Assembly: GCA_902573115.1 (NCBI GenBank)
Contig: CACGIM010000001.1
Span: 46,396 to 110,395 of the forward strand
Source of the DNA: an uncultured Candidatus Poseidoniales archaeon
Lineage (GTDB): Archaea > Thermoplasmatota > Poseidoniia > Poseidoniales > Thalassarchaeaceae
DNA: 64,000 nt
Direction of reading: 5' to 3'
In this document: piece by piece, positions 24,801-32,181 of the stretch
Layout of the letters: every line of letters starts with the position of its first letter
Numbering within the stretch: the first letter of the stretch is position 1
Position numbers and translations under genes: made by a program
Notes under the pieces: model-generated
The model's database searches: none
The model's input: only the letters and a program-made list of their open reading frames with translations
What the model was told of the DNA's origin: nothing

Positions 24801-27759
24801 CGTCACCCGCTAGTTCATCGGGCCAATCCACCGTTAGGAATCTCCAGTCCCCGCTCTCTGGCCTCCATGACCACCTCATTGCCCCGCTTATCCATGACTC
24901 TGTGTAGAGAGTCTGGTTGGAGACGTTGCCGTCAAGTGGATTGGGGCTAAGGGAGAATGGGCCCCTCCAAGGAACATTTGTCACCACGGGTAGAGTCCAG
25001 GACCTGGTTGAGTTTGTCTCGGAGTCGTTTTCGGACACTACTCTGATTCCGTGCTGCCTTAGCCCCGGACTTGCATCATCCGGGACCGAGATTGATACTT
25101 GCAGATTGGTTTCAGTGTTTGGTGGTAATACGATGTTTTCTGGCACAGATATCCAGTCGTCTTCAGTCACTCCGAAAGACGTCCAGTCTACCTCTATCCT
25201 TACTTCATCCAATCCAGACGGGGTGCCGTCATATCTCCAGACCCCCAGCAGCAAGCCGTCCCTAGCGTCTTCAAATGGCATCCCTAGCCTTACCTCTGCC
25301 TGGGGTCCATGGGACCACCAGAATGTGATTTCCTCCATTTCATCCCCATCCTCCCACTCGCCCTCGTCAACCATCCCATCTGAATCGGTGTCATTATGGT
25401 AAGAGCCATCGCCATCAAAATCGGTCCATCTGAATATTTCAAGGTAAACCCTCTCGTTAGAAGACCGGTCCATATCCCGGTCAAATGCCTCGTGTTGAAT
25501 TGTCGCCCTAGCCCTAAACTGGACTGTTTCTGGATGAAGAGTGTTCTCGGTCTCGTTCGGTACGTGAATGGGAATTAGCAGGTCGGGCCTATCTCCTTGG
25601 TGGCCATCCCAAGTGTCATTCTCCCCCCCTCCACTGCCATTACCCGTGCTATTCCAGACTAAAACCGTGTGCTCCAATGGGTGGAAGGTGATTGGAGTTA
25701 GGTTCAACCCTAGTTCTGAGTGTCCGGGATTATTGAACAGTAGGTCAAATTCTTGTTCTTCTCCGGGATTAATGGAATTTAGGTTGGCTTCCCGGTGGTG
25801 ACCGTGGAACCAGCCAGTGTTCCATTGTGCAGGGGAGGCCGACCATGTGCCGTTGAATCCCTGCAGTGTCCTGACCGATCTGGAAGCGTTCATCCACCCC
25901 CCTCCTTGCACGAATGGTTCGTATCCTCTGTCATCTGAAGTGGATAAGACAAAATCCCTAAGTTCTTGAGAGCCTGGATGGGTCCCATAATTTTCAATCC
26001 AAGCCTGCTCTACCAAGGCCAGCAAGCCTGCCACAACTGGGGTAGCTAGACTAGTGCCTCCCCATGTAGTCCATGCCTGATTTGCGTCGTTGTAGTTATT
26101 CAGGGGCATGTCCCCTGTCGCGGACCACCCGACCGCAACTATATCCGGATCCATCCTACCTACAACGTTTGGCCCCCTGTTCGACCAAGGAGCGCTCTGA
26201 CCCCATGAGTCGGAGGACCTACTACTGAAGGCCCCAACTGAGAAGACGCCATGAGCGGCTCCCGGTACCTTAGTGGTTCCAAATCCATGGCCACCATTCC
26301 CAATAGCCACGGCATAGGAGACGTTGGAGTTGTAGACTCTAGTGATCCAATCTAGGTAAAGCGAGTAACCGTCCGCCCCAGAGTCATCGACCGAGGAGTA
26401 CCCGAAAGAGAATGACCCTATGTGAGGCTGGTCCGGTGTTGTAGGATCGCCGTCATAGCCCTCTGCGATGAACCTCCATGCGTCTAGCGAATGTCCACCC
26501 GAGTAGTGGTTACCGATCGAGGTTATGGTTGCATTTGGTGCCATTCCTAGGACTCTGCCCCCATCTACAACCCCCTGTGCCGATACCGCGCTGGCGCAAA
26601 GCGTTCCATGGCTGCCGGATTCAAGCATGAAAAGAGTCAGGTTTCCGGGTCCTGCAATTCTATCCAAATATCCATGTCTAGCAGAATATGTGGAACCATA
26701 GGGCACTCCATGGACGCCGTCGGACACCCAGTAAACCAGGCCTGCGGAAATATCCCACAATCCGTCTCCGTCATTGTCCCTTCCAGAGGTCTCCGCCCCC
26801 GGCCTCATCGGGGTTTCGTTTCCGAACCATCCATCCCTGTCGATATCTGGCCACACCGTCTCATATCTGCCCAATTCAATGTCGTCTACAACTAGTATGG
26901 GGACATCCCCCCCTGCCTTTTCCCTGAGTCTCCAATCTGGATGCTGACCTAGGTGGTATTCGCCCGAAAGCGAAGGGCCTATGCCCGTAATATTGTGGCC
27001 TGAACCATCTAGAATACCGTCACTGTCATTGTCAAAATCTACTATTGATGTGTCTGCGTACCATGAATCTTGGGCAGGATATGCCTCACCATCGACCATC
27101 CACTTGTACATGCTGTTGTGATCAAGCATCAATGGCCAACCGGAATAGGGAGAGTCCTCGTATTCCACCCTTGCCTGAGTCCCGTTCAAGTCAGGGTGCC
27201 CAAAGTCAACCCCTGTGTCCGCGACTGCAACGATTAGCCCGTCTCCCGAGAATCCCATCCCCCATGCATCGTTCGCGCCGTGAATTTCTCCAGATCTTAC
27301 GGAGTTAGGATTAGGCCCTGTGGGAGTAATCCCATATGGTTCTGGGGATCTTTCTGCATCGATGAGTGCGATAATCCCATCTGCATCGACCAGCTTGCTA
27401 AGTAGCTCCGAGTCCAACCAGAATGTTCTGTGTTCTATATGCCCATTTTCTATGTCATGTTGCACCAATCTTTCGCCGTTGCCTGGCGGAGCCTGTCTGT
27501 CTATTGAGCCGGTCTTCCTCTGCCAGACGTCCAGATCTTGGATTGAGCTTGTGATTGCAGTGACTCTAATTTTGTCTTGACCGGATTGTACTCTTTCTGA
27601 AAGTGAGTTATCCAGCCAGGGGGTACCTAACTCCGGCCTTTGTTGTTGGAATTCGGTTTCGAGGAATTGGTCCTTTGGCGATTGGTGTCCGGTCACTGTA
27701 GAAGAATATGGGGCAGATATCAGAATTAATAGCACTACGGCCGAAATCCTGCCTTGCAC
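21817..27759 (-). CDS. Membrane-anchored subtilisin-like serine protease (peptidase S8), ~1,980 aa
   Basis: Asp-His-Ser in subtilase order: VAVADTGVD (Asp codon 27217-27219), SGSHGTLCAS (His 26608-26610), WGGTSLATP (Ser 26050-26052). A downstream PPC-type module reads DADLDLFLFRDEDGDG. C-terminal TM is LVWLSLALLLLVSIVVSVSI. The track's first 55 aa are antisense tRNA-Gln. There is no ATG, so I use in-frame GTG 27759, giving the signal peptide MQGRISAVVLLILISAPYS. Confidence 0.88.
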   Translation of the reverse strand: MQGRISAVVLLILISAPYSSTVTGHQSPKDQFLETEFQQQRPELGTPWLDNSLSERVQSGQDKIRVTAITSSIQDLDVWQRKTGSIDRQAPPGNGERLVQHDIENGHIEHRTFWLDSELLSKLVDADGIIALIDAERSPEPYGITPTGPNPNSVRSGEIHGANDAWGMGFSGDGLIVAVADTGVDFGHPDLNGTQARVEYEDSPYSGWPLMLDHNSMYKWMVDGEAYPAQDSWYADTSIVDFDNDSDGILDGSGHNITGIGPSLSGEYHLGQHPDWRLREKAGGDVPILVVDDIELGRYETVWPDIDRDGWFGNETPMRPGAETSGRDNDGDGLWDISAGLVYWVSDGVHGVPYGSTYSARHGYLDRIAGPGNLTLFMLESGSHGTLCASAVSAQGVVDGGRVLGMAPNATITSIGNHYSGGHSLDAWRFIAEGYDGDPTTPDQPHIGSFSFGYSSVDDSGADGYSLYLDWITRVYNSNVSYAVAIGNGGHGFGTTKVPGAAHGVFSVGAFSSRSSDSWGQSAPWSNRGPNVVGRMDPDIVAVGWSATGDMPLNNYNDANQAWTTWGGTSLATPVVAGLLALVEQAWIENYGTHPGSQELRDFVLSTSDDRGYEPFVQGGGWMNASRSVRTLQGFNGTWSASPAQWNTGWFHGHHREANLNSINPGEEQEFDLLFNNPGHSELGLNLTPITFHPLEHTVLVWNSTGNGSGGGENDTWDGHQGDRPDLLIPIHVPNETENTLHPETVQFRARATIQHEAFDRDMDRSSNERVYLEIFRWTDFDGDGSYHNDTDSDGMVDEGEWEDGDEMEEITFWWSHGPQAEVRLGMPFEDARDGLLLGVWRYDGTPSGLDEVRIEVDWTSFGVTEDDWISVPENIVLPPNTETNLQVSISVPDDASPGLRQHGIRVVSENDSETNSTRSWTLPVVTNVPWRGPFSLSPNPLDGNVSNQTLYTESWISGAMRWSWRPESGDWRFLTVDWPDELAGDGAIILDVDWLDNPFTDIDVLWLTEKPHEYSSEDPQSYGPTTFYIEERSVNNHAGSGQHNWGTYTGTSRETFVVPSTPGIHQLVLHTALHGVETNDNPLNISLGYITAESSGFSKTVSDWSESSGSEDAIIVSTIPLPVSKIESHGWVRPVILTNQTAFQDDPGDKMTASWWQNITIEDATEISIKMDSYEDADLDLFLFRDEDGDGNFTSGEEVSRSWSGTSSESISVTNPEDGLYAVAVHGWSVSGETAGFWIDIEMIAGDSLNVTGFNKLNESEISEIWPSGSEALAGEVPTGALQLNLSYETPPSEGLWTGFIDVELEGGSLVRLPYNYELVELDPEISFTTPENLTESNTPLPVNLHVRDIGIGFSLADVSWDWPSNGTRFQADYVWGADVNGASHNLTSVWNGNANQTSLIPLREVWINSTLPKIEEWFHFHASVSDNSGRQSESHLSILFDSTSPDLAIFGVPWITNSKTLNFSIRTEPGATLTLDGIVLQIDESGASNHSIELEKSRNGNFDGPDGPIFLYDVNSNVFSVESADKAGNRINSSFQVVFDPDPPSEVNFVSIIDQAGYSYGEQELLKPVNLSSGSIQLEIPPDTRKWCFSVLYESWVQTFECHESEQPPIIVNQSSQINRTQIDYDRTDTISIPLDLAGLGEGELTMLFSTQDWANNSHASSWEIAMDSMQPVISWGLSPANGFVLSDHYQNLSWWSSEEVTMRASINGQDLEVQTGSSGSYEILLANTGKQVFCLNAIDRTIGQENNNSFEECRNFELPESDYDTSMFDSNPELVALDAIQVVLDRHQSQEIRWYSKTTGENGTISPGDRTLVLSLDLVEGINEFTIEVDSLDSTDSYSIILEKDSIAPILSLSEKIYRESPLSITRGILGTCEPGLVVRLTSPMESRDLTCPESGTFEINISIPREPGMHAIEAFSMDYAKNTNSTEIYLIKQDWVDWAVEDATGYGPMLVWLSLALLLLVSIVVSVSIRFSKIRR

Positions 27760-27844
27760 GATTAATCGACTTGAGGATGAGGCTTGATATTGACGGCTCC
27801 AAGGCCCGTCAAATACAATAGTCTGGACTCTGAGGGTAGCGCGG

Positions 27845-27920
27845 AGTCCCGTAGTGTAGTGGTCCATCATCTCGGGTTTTGGTCCCGGGGACCCTGGTTC
27901 GAATCCGGGCGGGACTACCA
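27845..27920 (+). tRNA. tRNA-Gln (anticodon UUG), genomically encoded CCA
   Basis: Folded by hand. Acceptor AGTCCCG/CGGGACT. Anticodon arm TCGGG-TTTTGGT-CCCGG, with TTG at positions 34-36. T arm CCTGG-TTCGAAT-CCGGG. 3-bp D stem with a 13:22 mismatch, as in Glu/Gln tRNAs. Discriminator A plus CCA. An A/T-rich box (27811-27820) sits ~29 nt upstream. Confidence 0.9.
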
Positions 27921-29132
27921 TCAATTAATTGCCTCGGGATCTCTCTTGAGGTCCTTTGTGATATTCTTCTGGTGGCTTTCCAGAGTCCCCCCTCCTATCT
28001 CCAAAAGCTTGGCGTCCCTCCACATTCTCTCGACCACGTATTCACCGACGTAACCATACCCCCCCATTACCTGAATTGCCCTGTCTGCGATATTCTTTGC
28101 CGCAGTGGTCGCGAACAATTTTACTCCATCGGAATCTAGTCTGTGGCCTGCCTCTGCGAGGTCGATCTGCCTTGCCGTGTCGTACACATAAGCCTTCATA
28201 GCACGGTATTCTGCCCAAGACTCCCCAATATGCCTTTGAATCTGTCCAAAATCCCTGATCTCCTTGCCAAAGGCCTCCCTTTCAGTAGCGTAAGAATTCA
28301 TGTCCGCTAGGCACCTTCTGGCTATTCCGACACTCATGGCCGCCAATCCGACCCTTTCGTGTTCCAGGTTTCTCATCAGATGTATCATTGATTCCCCTGG
28401 TTTGCCCACTAAGTTCTCAGCGGGAACGATACAGTCTTCGAATACCAGTTCAGCTGTCGTACTGGCCCTCATACCCAACTTATCCTCGATTTTTTGACCT
28501 GCCGAGTATCCCTTCATACCCTTCTCGACCAAAAAGGTAGATACCTCGGCCCTGCCCTTGGCATCTGTGCCAGTTCTGGCATAGAGCCAAACGACATCGG
28601 CAGGGCTTCCTTCTTCGTCAATAATTCCATTTGTGATCCACATTTTCCTACCGTTTATCACCCAAGTTCCATCGTCCGACTGGACCGCAGATGTCTGCAT
28701 TCCCAATACGTCAGTGCCGTGATCTGGTTCACTCATTCCGAGGCAGCCCACCCACTCACCACTGCAAACATTGGGGAGTATCCTTTGCTTCTGCACATCG
28801 TTTCCACTGTGCACTAGGTTGTTCACAAATAGCTGATCATGAGCAAGAAATGCGAGGCAGAGACCTGGGTCAGAATATGACAGTTCTTCGTTTACGATTG
28901 CGACGGAGGTACAATCCATGCCAGCCCCCCCATATTCAGGCGGAGCCGTAAGTCCTAGCAGGCCCATGCCACCCATTTCCCTGAATAGCTCAAGGTTGAA
29001 CCTCTCGCTTCTATCGTTTTCTAGGGCTTGCGGCTCTACTCTGTCCGCAACGAAGTTTCTTACCATCTCTCGTAGCATTGCATGCTCTTCGGTGGGGTTT
29101 GTGATATCCATATCGCGCCATGCTTCTGGCAT
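27921..29132 (-). CDS. Acyl-CoA dehydrogenase (FAD-dependent)
   Basis: 403 aa. ACAD-family motifs seen: GLLGLTAPPEYGGAGMD, CLGMSEPDHGTDV, YAGQKIEDKLGMRASTTAELVFEDC, IQVMGGYGYVGEYVVERMWRDAKLLEIGGGT. Substrate class is not resolvable by eye. Confidence 0.88.
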   Translation of the reverse strand: MPEAWRDMDITNPTEEHAMLREMVRNFVADRVEPQALENDRSERFNLELFREMGGMGLLGLTAPPEYGGAGMDCTSVAIVNEELSYSDPGLCLAFLAHDQLFVNNLVHSGNDVQKQRILPNVCSGEWVGCLGMSEPDHGTDVLGMQTSAVQSDDGTWVINGRKMWITNGIIDEEGSPADVVWLYARTGTDAKGRAEVSTFLVEKGMKGYSAGQKIEDKLGMRASTTAELVFEDCIVPAENLVGKPGESMIHLMRNLEHERVGLAAMSVGIARRCLADMNSYATEREAFGKEIRDFGQIQRHIGESWAEYRAMKAYVYDTARQIDLAEAGHRLDSDGVKLFATTAAKNIADRAIQVMGGYGYVGEYVVERMWRDAKLLEIGGGTLESHQKNITKDLKRDPEAIN

Positions 29133-29174
29133 GATACCTCTAGCTGGTCCTTTCGTAAGAGGATTCGTATTCGA

Positions 29175-29576
29175 TCAGTTCCAGAAGGCAGAGTCTTCCC
29201 AAGGGAGTCCTATTGCGATTCCCAAAATCTCTAGAATCACGAAATTCCAAAAAAGGTATGTGATGATCGAAGCTGTGAAAACTGCTAGTGAAGTGTTTAC
29301 GACCTTCCTCCTCTCCTTCTTCACGTCATCCAATGAGCACACACCCCTTTTTCTGAAGTAGATTACCAAACCTATCGCGACCATTGACAGAGACACGGCG
29401 TAAAGAGCATACCTGACCCATGAATAGTACAAATTGTTGGAAAGCTGGTCTGCAGCGACTATTGCGGAAGATCCTGCGAACAATACCCATATGACCGATG
29501 GTAGGCAACACATGCTAGCGGTCACTGCGGACAGTGCAACCAATGATGCTAATGGCCTCTTATCTTCACTATCCAT
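29175..29576 (-). CDS. Small 3-4 TM membrane protein with a Cys-Cys pair in TM1 (MerT/MerF-like topology)
   Basis: ATG 29576 is preferred over the track's GTG 29585. ASMCCLPSVIWVLF in TM1 and a loop Cys (RKRGVCSLDD) after TM2 parallel the MerT layout (ACCLGP...). The similarity was judged by eye only. Confidence 0.4.
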   Translation of the reverse strand: MDSEDKRPLASLVALSAVTASMCCLPSVIWVLFAGSSAIVAADQLSNNLYYSWVRYALYAVSLSMVAIGLVIYFRKRGVCSLDDVKKERRKVVNTSLAVFTASIITYLFWNFVILEILGIAIGLPWEDSAFWN

Positions 29577-29584
29577 TTTTACCA

Positions 29585-30913
29585 CTACGGAGTCACTCTT
29601 CTGCTATCTCTTGGGAAGGGTATCGCCTCTCTGATGTGCTCTGCTCCAGCCAACCAAGTACACACCCTGTCCACGCCAAGTCCAAATCCGCCGTGAGGGA
29701 CCCCCCCATATCTTCTGATATCGATATAGAATTCGTAGGGTTCTGTGGGGGTGTCCTCTTCCCCTATCCTTTCGAGGATCTCATCCTCAGACCAAGTCCT
29801 TTCTCCTCCGCCGATTATCTCGCCATATCCCTCCGGAGCCAGCAAATCATGGCATAGTACGTACTTCGGATCATCCGGGTCGGGCCGGTGGTAGAACGGT
29901 TTAGCGATACGGGGATAGTGGGTTAGGAAGTGGGGGACTTCAAAATCCTCAGTCAAAATTTTCTCCTTGGAATAGTCTAGATCTTGACCCCATTCAATCT
30001 CTACGCCCTTCGATTGAAGAGTTTCCACTGCCTCGTCGTACCTCATTCGGGGGTAATCGCTATCCGCGAACCTTCCTATAGTTTCCAAATCCCTGCCTAG
30101 GTTTTCTAATTCAGATTCCCTATCTTCCAAAATAGTGTTTGCAATGTGCCTGACTACTCCCTCCCCGTGTTCCATCACATCATCGTTGGAGGCCCATGCA
30201 ATCTCCATTTCCGCGTGCCAGAACTCAGTGAGGTGTCTTCGAGTTCTGCTTTTCTCCGCTCTGAATGAGGGGGCCATGGTGTACAGCCTCTCAAGAGCCG
30301 GCATAGCAGCCTCTGCGTACAACTGCCAGGACTGAGTAAGGTATGCCTTTCTCCCAAAATAAGGGACCTCGAACAGAGTGCTCCCCCCTTCCACGGCCCC
30401 TGAGACGAAGTTGGGTGCTTGGTACTCAATGAAGTCCCTGTCTCGGAAGTAAGAGTGTATCGCACCGAAAACTGAGCTCCTTATTTTGAGCATGGTTGTC
30501 ATCCTGCCAGTTCTCAGATACAGGTGGCGATTATCAAGTAAGAACTCGGTTTCACCCCCGTCGGCCTCAACCATTGCTGACTCCGTAATGGGAAACGGCC
30601 TTTCCGGATTTACCGGCCCGATAACTGTAGCGTGGGTCACTTGTATCTCGTGGCCATGCTCTCTGTCCGTTGCTTGCACAATACCTCTGACTACTACGCT
30701 AGACTCGATTAGTGCCTCACTTATTCTCTGGAAATCCTGTTCGCTTAGTGAGTCTCTTTTTGCGACGCATTGGACAGTTCCTGTAGAGTCCCGAACAACT
30801 ACGAATCTGATTTTGTTCGAACCCCTGGTTCTATGAATCCAACCCTTCAGCTCAACCTCCTCTCCGTCATAGGATCCTGACTTGATGTCGCCGATCCAGA
30901 ATTCCTTGGCCAT
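29585..30913 (-). CDS. asnS: Class IIb aminoacyl-tRNA synthetase, most likely asparagine--tRNA ligase
   Basis: 442 aa. N-terminal OB anticodon-binding fold (VELKGWIHRTRGSNKIRFVVVRD). Motif 2 is FRAEKSRTRRHLTEFWHAEMEIAW. C-terminus is HGGFGLGVDRVCTWLAGAEHIREAIPFPRD. The EFW, GGFGLG and IPFPR signatures favour AsnRS over AspRS. Confidence 0.75.
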   Translation of the reverse strand: MAKEFWIGDIKSGSYDGEEVELKGWIHRTRGSNKIRFVVVRDSTGTVQCVAKRDSLSEQDFQRISEALIESSVVVRGIVQATDREHGHEIQVTHATVIGPVNPERPFPITESAMVEADGGETEFLLDNRHLYLRTGRMTTMLKIRSSVFGAIHSYFRDRDFIEYQAPNFVSGAVEGGSTLFEVPYFGRKAYLTQSWQLYAEAAMPALERLYTMAPSFRAEKSRTRRHLTEFWHAEMEIAWASNDDVMEHGEGVVRHIANTILEDRESELENLGRDLETIGRFADSDYPRMRYDEAVETLQSKGVEIEWGQDLDYSKEKILTEDFEVPHFLTHYPRIAKPFYHRPDPDDPKYVLCHDLLAPEGYGEIIGGGERTWSEDEILERIGEEDTPTEPYEFYIDIRRYGGVPHGGFGLGVDRVCTWLAGAEHIREAIPFPRDSRRVTP

Positions 30914-30977
30914 GCTGTCCCCGGAGTGGCCTAGTGGATGCTGGGTTATGAATCCTTGATTTTCAATTCTTATGAAA

Positions 30978-31054
30978 TGGCGGGTCTGACGGGGTTCGAA
31001 CCCGCGACCGCCCGGTTAAGAGCCGGGTGCTCTACCTGACTAAGCTACAGACCC
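30978..31054 (-). tRNA. tRNA-Lys (anticodon CUU), encoded CCA
   Basis: Minus-strand cloverleaf: GGGTCTG-TA-GCTT-AGTCAGGTA-GAGC-A-CCCGG-CTCTTAA-CCGGG-CGGTC-GCGGG-TTCGAAC-CCCGT-CAGACCC-G-CCA. Confidence 0.92.
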
Positions 31055-31070
31055 AGCGCCGGATTGGCGC

Positions 31071-31796
31071 TCACTCTTTAACGCCGCCGGATGACTTTAG
31101 TCGGCCATCTGGATTAATTAGTGTGTTGACCCCAATCTCGGAGGCGACAACAACGGCATCACAAATTCCTACGAAAAGCCCGACCTCTACGACGCCAGAT
31201 ATCCCCTTTATTTCTCGCTCTAGATGGCCCGGATTTGCAATTACGGGCCCAAAAGAACAATCGAGAATCACGCCACCGTTGTCGGTGACAAAGGGTTCTA
31301 TTTTTCCACCCCTCAAGAACACCCCACCCGAGCAGATAGAGGAAATTGCCTCTTTGACGCCTAACCATGATGTCGCATGAACCTCGACTGGCAAGTCGAA
31401 TCTACCCAGTGTTTCCACTTGTTTGGTATGGTCGGCTACAACGACCATTGATCGTGATGCGAGAGCAACGATTTTCTCCCTAGTAAGAGCGCCCCCACCC
31501 CCTTTTATTAGATCGAATCTGGGGTCGAATTCATCAGTTCCGTCGATCGTAAGATCTAGAGTGCTCGCATCTTCTAACTCCATAAGTGGTATTTCGAGAT
31601 TTGTCGCCAAATCCCTAGTAATTTCGCTGGTTGGAACTCCTACTATGCTCATCCCTTCTTCCCGAATCATTCTCGCTAATTCGATTATTGAGTACCTTAC
31701 TGTCGAACCAGTGCCAAGTCCGATAGCCATGCCGTCGGAAACGAATGAGCATGCGGCTATTCCAGCCTGCTCTTTTAGTTCCTCCAAGCTTGCCAT
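31071..31796 (-). CDS. rpiA: Ribose-5-phosphate isomerase A
   Basis: 241 aa. Carries the RpiA hallmarks GLGTGSTV, VGVPTS, DLTIDGTDEFD and LIKGGGGALTREKIVA. Confidence 0.92.
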   Translation of the reverse strand: MASLEELKEQAGIAACSFVSDGMAIGLGTGSTVRYSIIELARMIREEGMSIVGVPTSEITRDLATNLEIPLMELEDASTLDLTIDGTDEFDPRFDLIKGGGGALTREKIVALASRSMVVVADHTKQVETLGRFDLPVEVHATSWLGVKEAISSICSGGVFLRGGKIEPFVTDNGGVILDCSFGPVIANPGHLEREIKGISGVVEVGLFVGICDAVVVASEIGVNTLINPDGRLKSSGGVKE

Positions 31797-31862
31797 GGTT
31801 CCGGGGGGGCGAGAACGTGCATGATGCTTGCCCTATTGTTATGCGGTGGGTTCTTTTCTTAT

Positions 31863-32180
31863 GGGCAAGTCGGAGGTATGAGGGAGCAGGAGGGTCGCTG
31901 ACAGTGTTAGACACTGAGGAAAGTCCCCTCTCCGCGATGCAGGCGTCTCGTCACAAGGCGGGGGTCCGGGAGGGCCGGCTCTGCAGCAGAAACGAACCAT
32001 GCCAGGGGTACAATGATCCCGAAAGGGAGAGGTTTCCTGTGCGTGGCTGGAACGGGCAACCACGCCGGAGCAAGTCCAAGCAGGTCCTAAGGGCATCGAC
32101 AGGACCGGGTAGGATGCATAGTTGAATGCGACCAGCCGAAAGGTGAACAGAAAGGGGCTTACTCCCTGCACCCTCGCCAA
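31863..32180 (+). ncRNA. rnpB: RNase P RNA (archaeal type-A-like); ends approximate to +/-15 nt
   Basis: CR-I GAGGAAAGTCC at 31916-31926 and CR-V ACAGAAAGGGGCTTAC at 32147-32162. The P4 strands AAGTCCCC/GGGGCTT are complementary. P3-like hairpin CAGTGT-TAG-ACACTG at 31902-31916. P1 pairs GAGGGAGCAGGAG (31880-31892) with CTCCCTGCACCCTC (32162-32175). The ORFs predicted here are artefacts of the structured GC-rich RNA. Confidence 0.9.
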
Positions 32181-32181
32181 A

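Noticed and set aside
27760-27924. N-terminal 55 aa (MMVVPPGFEPGSPGPKPEMM...) of the 2,035-aa ORF
   Set aside because: This stretch is the antisense translation of tRNA-Gln (GFEPGSP is the complement of GGTTCGAATCC). The real protease most likely starts at GTG 27759, which gives a proper signal peptide.
30914-30977. tRNA-like string ccccggagtggcctagtggatgctggg upstream of asnS, next to tRNA-Lys
   Set aside because: It has a D-loop-like AGTGGA, but I could not form an acceptor stem, D stem or anticodon arm, and there is no T arm. It is probably just the asnS 5' region.
27845-31054. tRNA-Gln or tRNA-Lys as integration sites of a genomic island carrying the giant genes
   Set aside because: There is no integrase or recombinase. 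I found no direct repeat of either tRNA 3' end elsewhere in the window by eye.
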